NCBI RefSeq assembly: GCF_009914755.1
Contig: NC_060932.1
Source of the DNA: the human T2T-CHM13v2.0 reference genome, Homo sapiens
DNA: 64,000 nucleotides
Direction: 5' to 3' (one strand)
Shown here one piece after another: positions 55,900-64,000 of this stretch. Below the pieces are notes generated by a model that was not told the DNA's origin, did not search any database, and saw only the letters and a list, made by a program, of their open reading frames with translations. The stretch's first letter is position 1, and every line of letters starts with the position of its first letter. Both the position numbers and the translations under genes were made by a program.

Positions 55900-57200
55900 C
55901 AAGGGGAAGCAGGGAGAACTTAGGAATGGATGAGATAAGTGAGAGGGATTTTTAGAAGGAAGAATCCTTAGGTTTGGATGTGGAACAGGTCAAGAGAAGA
56001 AGGACTCTAAGAACTCCTCTCAGTTTCCGGCTTAGACAAATTGCACAGAAGGTGACAGCATCAGGTGACACAGTGAAGATGAACGGGGCAGTCTGGAGCT
56101 TGTGTGAAGGCCTTAGGGGACACCTGGGTGACAATGCCCATGTAGGCATTTGAATATAGATGGTCCCTGAATTACAATGGTTTGACTTACATTTTTTTTT
56201 TTTTTTTTTACTTTATGATGGTGGGAAAGTGATATGTATTCAGTAGCCACCATACTTCAAATTTTGAATTTTAGTCTTTTCCATGGCTAGTAATATCTAG
56301 TATGATACTCTTTCAAGACACTGGGTCAAGTCATCAACACAAAGCCTGTCTATAATAAAGGATTGAATAGCTCATGTAACTTATTGAATACTGTGCTGAA
56401 AGTGCTTTGATCATGTTTAAGGTAAGTCCCACTAAGCTATGATGTTCAGTAGGTTAGGTATATTAAATTCATTTTCAACTTATTATATTTTCAACTTACA
56501 ATGACTTTATGGGGACATAGCCCAGTCATAAGTCAAGGAGCATCTGTACAAGGCCCTAGAGCTCAAGAGAGATACAGAAGTCATCGGCATTTGGGAGGTG
56601 AATGGAAGCATGACCTAGAGTGACGTTATTCAAGGAAAGTGTGTAGAGTGAAAAAAAAAGAGCACAAAAAACACTCATTGAGAGACACAGGCATCCAGCC
56701 ATCAGGTGCTTAGAACCTGATGAGCCTTGGTTTTTATTCTGGCACCACAATACGGTGTCCAATACACTGTATCCAATGTAGTGAACTCTTCAGAGCCCCA
56801 GCTTTCTCATCCACCAAATAGTGGGAAAGATAATTCCCACTATTGAGATACTTCCCATTTGAATGATACAAATCCAATTAGGAGACAGTGTAAAGGACTT
56901 AGAACATATGAAGCATTTAATAAATATGAGCTGTGGGCATTACTATCTGTTATAATATATCAGGTAAAATAATGCCAAGTAAATTAACACTTAATAGGAA
57001 GAACAGAGTCACCAACCTAAGGAAGAAAAGCATTTCAGAAAAAGAGTGAGTGGTCAACAGTGTGAAATACTGCTGACAAAACAAGCAACATTTCAGAAAT
57101 GCTACTCAAGTCTGGCAGGTAATTTTTTTGATGACTCTGCTAAAAGCAGAGCAGAGGGAGTGACAAGTACAGAAGCCAGATGGACTTGGATAGGATAAGA
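55900..57200 (-). mobile_element. L2 fragment (interrupted by MER47 and MIR)
   Basis: gtaggcatttgaata|...gagctcaagagaga...gtcatcggcattt...ttcaaggaaagtgtgtagagtg...gagtggtcaacagtgtgaaatactgctga. Confidence 0.75.
56157..56546 (-). mobile_element. MER47/Tigger5-type MITE
   Basis: TA|tagatggtccctgaattacaatgg...ataagtcaaggagcatctg|TA; internal ctaagctatgatgttcagtaggttaggtatattaaa. Confidence 0.88.
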
Positions 57201-57280
57201 ACTCAAGAAAATAAGTTTTAAATCAAGCTCAACCTCTCTCTAGCTCTGTGATCTTGGAACAATTACTTAGCCTCACTGTG

Positions 57281-57711
57281 AGCTGTGGTTTAAATATTTG
57301 TCCCTTCCAAAACTCATGTTGAAATGGAATCCCCAATATGGCAGTATTGAGAGGTGGATACTTTATGAGGTGACTGTGTCAGGAAGCCTCTGATATTATG
57401 ACTGTATTAATCCATTCATGGGTTAATGGATTAATGCATTAATTAGTGGGTTATCATGGGAGTGGAACTGGTGGTTTTATAAGAAGAGGAAGAGAGACCT
57501 GAACTTGCACACTCAGCCCTCTCACCATGTGATGCCCCGTGCCACCTTGGGACTTTGTAGAGAGTCCTCACCAACAAGAAGGCTCTTGCCAGATGTGACC
57601 CTCCACCTTGGACTTCTTAGCTTCCAGAACTGTAAGAATTAAATTCCTTTTCTTTATAAATTACCCAGTTTTACATAGTCTGTTCTAAGCAACAGAAAAC
57701 AGACTAAGACA
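57281..57711 (+). mobile_element. MSTB1-like MaLR solo LTR inserted in a MIR
   Basis: tgtcccttccaaaactcatgttgaaa...ttaatggattaat...ccagaactgtaagaa...agcaacagaaaacagactaagaca; TSD ctgtg/ttgtg. Confidence 0.9.
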
Positions 57712-59172
57712 TTGTGTCTCAATGACCTCATTATAAAGTGGAAATAATAAAATGCTTATGACAGTATCTGGCCAATGATAGGTGATATTCCATTGCTTCT
57801 TCTCTTTGTTCCAACAGCAAAAAGGAAAAACAAATGGAAAAAGAACCAGCCATTGTATCTGATGCTGCTTCAAACATTTCATCACAGAAGTACATTGATA
57901 GTTTAAAAAATAGCTACGCGGGAAGAGAACATCAGATGATGAGAATAAAATTTGCATAAGGTATCCAAATAATTATGTAAAACTTAAATCACTCTAGCCA
58001 GTCAATGTTTTATTTTTCTCTTTTCTTAGATCAGGTTTCCTTACCCAGTGGTTACTCTCACCATAATTAAATGTAATTACACAATGACGGGACAAATCCC
58101 CAAAATGTATTTTCTTTACATTGGCCATCAGTGAAACTGACTAACATGCTCACAGCCCTAATTCAATTTTAACTCCCTTTGACTTCAAAGGACCCTGTTT
58201 TGAGTTTGGCAGTAAATTGCTATGTTGCCCTGATGAGGAAGTATTTATAAGGTTTCTGGGCCCTGCTATTAAATGACCAGTCTGCTATTTTTCTTGCTCA
58301 AATGACCTCATTTTCTTAGAGCCAAAAAAGGCTCAGCAGCCTCCTTTTCCTTCTTAGGCATCCTACTCCTGGGAGCTGAAAGAAAAGGAGTGAGAAGCTA
58401 CATTCCCCCAAGCCCAGAGCAGAATCTCAGTGTATTCATTTCCTGCCCAGCCTCCCTTTGGGGAGAGGAGAGCCTTTTGTTCCTCTGCTGGTGAGGACAG
58501 AGTTAACATGACCCAGAAGAGACACAATGAAGTCTTTCCCCTCTTCTTATTCTGGCATGCCTACTCTTCACTTCAATGTCTATTTGCACAATCATAAATT
58601 CTGAACTCAGGAGGATAATCCCAGCCAAAGTCTACATGTGCCGGATACCATAATGTAAACTGCATATGTTGCAAGAAGCTGTTAAATGGAACCAGTGAAT
58701 GAAATCATGGCCAGCTCAATATTTGGGTCTCTGGATTTCCTCTCCTCTGTAAACCAAGGCCTCTCCTCTCAATTCTAACTTTCTGACATGCCTATAAACA
58801 AAGGTATTTTTGGCTACCAGATCCCCTTGAGATATTCAGGAATAGCCTCAATTCCAGAGCTGTTCAGGCTTTGCTCAAGGGTACCAAGGGCCAGCCCTGC
58901 AGCTCTTTTCCCTCCGTATAGTCAGCAGACAATGATGTGCACAGAGTACCCAAAAAAGCTTCACTTCTATTCTTCATGGGCCCATCCCCACTGTCTTCCA
59001 CTGGAAAGTTGACCCAGCAGACTGGTTCAGCAGGGATGAATCCAGTCCACAAAATTAGGTTAGTAGTAGTTTGAGCTTCCATCCAGCTAGGGAGATAGAA
59101 ACTTATTTGAGCCATTTTAGCTCTCCTGCCTCCCACCTCCCTGGGGTGGCACCCAAGTTTGAGGTGATTAAG

Positions 59173-59600
59173 GGTTTTATTTCATTTCTGTTGCTATAAA
59201 GGAATACTGGAGGCTGGACAATTTATAAAGAAAAGAGGTTTATTTGGCTCACGGTTCTGCAGGCTGTATGAGAAGCATGGCACCAGCATTTGCTTCTGGT
59301 GTGGGACTCAGGCTGTTTCCACTCATGGCAGAAGGGGAAGGGGAGCTGGCATGTGCAGAGATCACATGACAGGAAAGGAAACCAGAAAGAGTGGGTGGAG
59401 AGGTGCTAGGCTCTTTTTAAAACCAGCTCTTGAGGGAACTAATAGAGTGAGAACTGACACGTTATCTTGAGGATGGCACCAAGACATTCATGAGGGCTCT
59501 GCCCCCATGACCTAAACACCTCCTATTAGGCCCCACCTCCAACATTGCAGATCACATTTCAACAGGAGGTTTGGGGAAATCAAATATACAAACTATAGCA
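59173..59600 (-). mobile_element. MSTB MaLR solo LTR
   Basis: tgttgctataaaggaatac...ggctcacggttctgcaggctgta...cctattaggccccacctccaaca...caaactatagca; perfect 5-bp TSD TTAAG. Confidence 0.93.
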
Positions 59601-60175
59601 TTAAGCAATGCCCAGGTGTGAGAGGCAGACTTCTGGCCCTTGATGTCCTCTGCACAGAACATCATCCACTGAAGCACACATCTCCCTCCCTGGTCCCTGG
59701 CTATTGGTCTATGCAAGGTTATGCTAAGGCATCTGTTCATCTTCATATGGCCCCTTCTGCTCCAGCCCCATTCTCTTAACTTTATTTAAGCTATGATGTT
59801 TGGGGTTCCTTCTGCTATTTTCAAGCCCTTCTTCTGGGTTCTAAGAATTTCTGTAAAAATCACCTTTCTGAACTTGTCTTGTTTCCTCAGGCCTCTGCCT
59901 AGGAAGCAGGGCCCAGGCACTCTGTGATCTGCTAGCTTCTATATTCTTGTTACTTCCCCCTGAGAGCCCAGAATCCAACTCTGAAGCTATTGCGAAACGC
60001 CACTCTGTAGTTCAGTAAGAATTTCACTCAAAGAAGGAAAGATTACACTACCGGAGGCTAAAGGTAAACCTCTCATAGAGCTAGGAGTCCATGATTCTAT
60101 AATTCACTGTCCTCAGGAATCATATTTCCTCCCACTTTCTCTTTTGCAACACATGGTCTAAAACTGATTCATTGG

Positions 60176-60272
60176 TATATTTTTACATATATATTTATAA
60201 CATATATGCACATACAAAACATATATAACTATATATATACATATATATATCTCTCTCTCTATATATATATAG
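60176..60272. repeat. (TA)n/(CT)n low-complexity tract
   Basis: Directly visible. Confidence 0.9.
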
Positions 60273-60278
60273 ATGTGA

Positions 60279-60484
60279 ATCTCTTCAGGCAGAAAGAACT
60301 GAGATATGTCTAATGCTCTGGGTACAGGATTTGAATTTTCATTATTTAGGGACAGGCAACCTTGAAAACTTGCACCCATTGGACATTCCACATAAAAAGG
60401 ATAAAATGGAAATATAATCATAATGATAATTTTAAATATTTCATTCAATATGAAATATAGATCTTCATGTATGAATATTTTATC
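60279..60484 (+). repeat. Local dispersed duplication B, copy 1 (partner 61471-61666)
   Basis: aactgagatatgtctaatgctctg...gacaggcaaccttgaaa...aaatataatcataatgata...atatgaaatatagatctt aligns with 61471-61666. Confidence 0.95.
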
Positions 60485-61470
60485 TGAGAAATGGGTAATC
60501 TCAGGTCAGGCAGCCAGTACACATGCACATACATTCAGGGAGAGGGAAGTAGAAAGACTTCTGGGTTCTCAATATGGGGGCTCCATAGGAACAAATACCA
60601 GAGTGAAATTCTGTAGTGTGAGAAAACTCACAAAGCTCCTCTAGGGCTTCTCCATGCACATTTAGCCCCGCCCTAACACCAACAGCCCAGAGCTCATATA
60701 CAAGCTATATCTATATGTCCCATTAGCACAGTAGCATAAAAATTTAAAATCACCATCATCCTCTCTCCTCTCAGCACTGCCCACTCAGTTCATTCTCCTT
60801 TGGTCAAGTGATTAAGTGGTTATAAGATTAAGATCTCAGTATAACAGGGATAGGAGAATTAAAGAAAGACAAATTCATTGCAAAAATAAAATAAAATTTT
60901 ACATATAGAGAGAGAGAGAACAGAAAAATATAAAAAGAAAATTCATTTATCATCTCACAACTCAGAAATCCAGAAATATCTACTCCTAATATTATAAAGT
61001 GTGTTCTTCCAGTTGTGTGTGTGTGCATTTATTCATTTTCAAATATACTTAACAAGATTGGAATAAAACAGTTTGGCCTTTTATGCTTTGCATACTTAGC
61101 ATTTTGTCACATGTACTTTACACAAGAAATGAATTTTAATGTATACTTGGCATATTGCACCTTTATGAAAAATTTTAAACATTCAGGTTATTCGCAATGT
61201 TTGACTATTATAAATAGTACTATAATAATACTCTAATGATCATCTTTGTGCACAGATTTAATAGCCTTCATGTGAGAAATATCTAAACAAAAAAGATTAA
61301 ATTATTTTAAGTAGTTTGATATATGTTGCCAAATTACCCTCTAAAAACAATTTATCAATATTCTATCATCCAGCCCCCTTACGAACATGGGTTTTATTGT
61401 CTTTGACCTTTAAATAAATTAAAATAAATATATCTATATATTTGCATATATCTAAATTTTTTTTATAGAT

Positions 61471-61666
61471 ATCTTTAGGCAGAGTTAACTGAGATATGGC
61501 TAATGCTCTGAGCGTAGGGTTTTCATTTCATTGTTTAGAGACAGGCAACCTTGAAATGTTTCACCCATTGAACATTTTACAAAAAAAAGGAAAATATAAT
61601 CATAATGATAGTTTTAAATATTTCATTCAGTATGAAATATAGATCTTAATGTATTAACATTTTATC
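61471..61666 (+). repeat. Local dispersed duplication B, copy 2 (inside L1)
   Basis: Roughly 83-85% identical by eye to 60279-60484. Confidence 0.95.
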
Positions 61667-61699
61667 AATAGGTTTAAATTTATTTGATTATTAGTTATG

Positions 61700-62138
61700 T
61701 GTAGTAGGCTATACATACCTCCAAAAGTATCAGGTCTTAATCCCTGAAATACGCAAATGTTACCTTATTTGAAAAATTGATTTTTGCAGATGTGATTAAA
61801 TTAAGGATCTTGAGATTAGGGATTATCCTGGATTATCTGGCTGGGTCTGACATGCAATCACAAATATTCTTAAAAGAGAAAGGAAGCAGAAAATTAGACA
61901 CACTGAATAGAAAGCAGAGATTGAAGTGATATGAACACAAGCCGGAATGCCTGTGGTCACTAGAAGCTGCAAAAGGGATTTTTCTCTAGATCCTGCAGGG
62001 GAAGCATGGCCTTGCTGTTGACCCAGTGAAACTACTTTCAAACTTCTGAACTATAGAACTATAAGAAAATATGGGCTTTGTTGTTTTAAGCTACCAAGTT
62101 TGTGAAATTTGTTACAGCATCTATAGCAAACTAGTACA
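61700..62138 (+). mobile_element. MLT1C/D-like solo LTR
   Basis: tgtagtaggc...aatgttaccttatttg...tttgcagatgtgattaaattaaggatcttgaga...gattatcctggattatc...aatttgttacagca...aaactagtaca. Confidence 0.9.
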
Positions 62139-63306
62139 GGTTTAACTTATCTTCACATATGTATTGACTACTGTATTTCTTCCTGTGTTTAAAATGTCTA
62201 TTCATTACATTTCTTGCTCATTTTTCTATTATGAAATTTGTTTTTTCTTCTTGATTTTTCAAATATATTGATAGCTTTGTATTTATACATTTATAGCTCT
62301 ATCTTGGTGGTGCAAATAATCCCCAAATACACAATAATAAATCTTTTAAGTTTGCTTACAGTTTTTGGATGAATATGGGTTTTGAGTTTTTTATGTTTTA
62401 AAATCTTTCAATGTGTTCATCTATAATTTCTTATTTTGCTTTTATGTGATGTCAGATGGATACCTACCTACATTTTCTTATAGCTCATTAGTAATTTCAT
62501 ATTTTATGGTTATCTTTTTCTTTCATCTAGAATTTACTTTGGTGGGTGATATGAGGCAGGTATCTAGCTGTTTTCTTTAATAGTTATCCAATTGTTACAG
62601 AACAACTTATTCAATAATCATCTCTGTTCATTGATTTAAAGTACTATCTTTATCCTTTGATTAATTACAAACTATGGTCTATTTCAGAATCTTTTTATTC
62701 TATTCTATTATCATCCACACTTAATTATAGTGGTTTTATAAAAATCCTTTAAAGTCTAGAAATACATGTCTCCATATGTATTGTTCTTTTTTTAAATGTT
62801 TCAAAAACTTTCCAGATGAACTTTATGATTCCTTTGTAAAGTTAAAGCAATCATTTTAGAATTTGTATTGGAATTGAATTAAACTTATCAACTGATTTCC
62901 AAACCTAAGTCATTGGGATGCACTTACACATTTAAAATGTTGGCATTTTTAAACAGGAACATAGGGTGGCTGAATGCTAGTAGGGAGGTAGACTCAGACG
63001 TAGACAGGGAAAGTTGTTCTAAATACTAGATTTAATCAGGAATGTCCAGGTATGATTTTCGTTTGTTGCTCTTAGTAGTCTATGAACTCTCTCAAAAAAC
63101 TTCTAGCATTTCTGTTGGCTTTACTCTTCCGGGCAATCCTTGCTATGAATATTTTGGATTTCCTAAGTCAGGCTTTTTCACAGTTCTCTTACTACTTCAA
63201 TTTATTTTTTCCTTTGAATTCTGGGAGAATTTCTAGGATTTTCCTTCATTTTCACTGATTCAGTTTATCAGCAGTCTCCATTTAGTCGTTCACTGCTACC
63301 TCGTGG

Positions 63307-63375
63307 TTTTAAATTCTATACTTGCATTTAAAGTCTATACTTGCATTTTTAAAGTCTATACTTGCATTTTTTTTT
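63307..63375. repeat. Short tandem triplication, ~19-21 bp unit (t)nAAAGTCTATACTTGCA x3
   Basis: tctatacttgcattt occurs three times consecutively. Confidence 0.9.
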
Positions 63376-63460
63376 CATTTGGTCTTTTATGATTTCATAT
63401 TGTTACCTCCCTATGACATTTAAAAAATTCACAAATGAAATACCTGCTTGAGTACTGTAG

Positions 63461-63814
<354 letters not shown>

Positions 63815-64000
63815 CATTTGTGCATTTTTTAAAATGACTTGTATATGTTTGTTAAGAGCTGAAAATAATAAAGTATTAAGAACTGACATGGTTTCTCTCA
63901 TAGATTTTGTGAGTCCCTACAAGAAAAAAAAAAAAAAACCCTTTTCAGTTTCAAGAAGAAAAGAGAAAGGTACAGATTTACACTGGTTTTATACTTTACC

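Larger units (their letters stand above)
60860..62960 (-). mobile_element. Old L1ME fragments (interrupted by duplication B copy 2 and MLT1)
   Basis: tttgactattataaatagtac...tttgatatatgttgccaaattaccctct...atagttatccaattgttacagaacaacttattcaataatc. Confidence 0.7.

Overview
Simian-primate (human-like) nuclear DNA: CpG-depleted, with no CpG island and no recognisable protein-coding exon. Much of the window is interspersed repeat: Alu J/S, old L1M and L1PB, L2, MIR, MaLR/ERV solo LTRs and hAT/Tc-mar MITEs. The only gene-derived sequence I can identify is a full-length, disabled processed RPL26 pseudogene (minus strand, ~2025-2560). The tracked ORFs are repeat-derived or look like chance ORFs. I see no evidence of a new multi-gene system. 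The most notable unexplained signals are: (i) a block at ~34.2-35.4 kb with a dense PBX-HOX plus MEIS/PREP motif grammar, a candidate developmental enhancer; (ii) two old, short, non-tandem duplications in which unique DNA appears copied 1-2 kb downstream into an L1; (iii) a three-layer nested LTR (MSTA > THE1 > MER4A) whose two inner elements keep perfect target-site duplications (TSDs); and (iv) candidate spliced exons at 18.6-19.7 kb. Repeat subfamily names come from my recollection of consensus sequences, not from a database search. Boundaries of the old L1/L2/MIR fragments are approximate.
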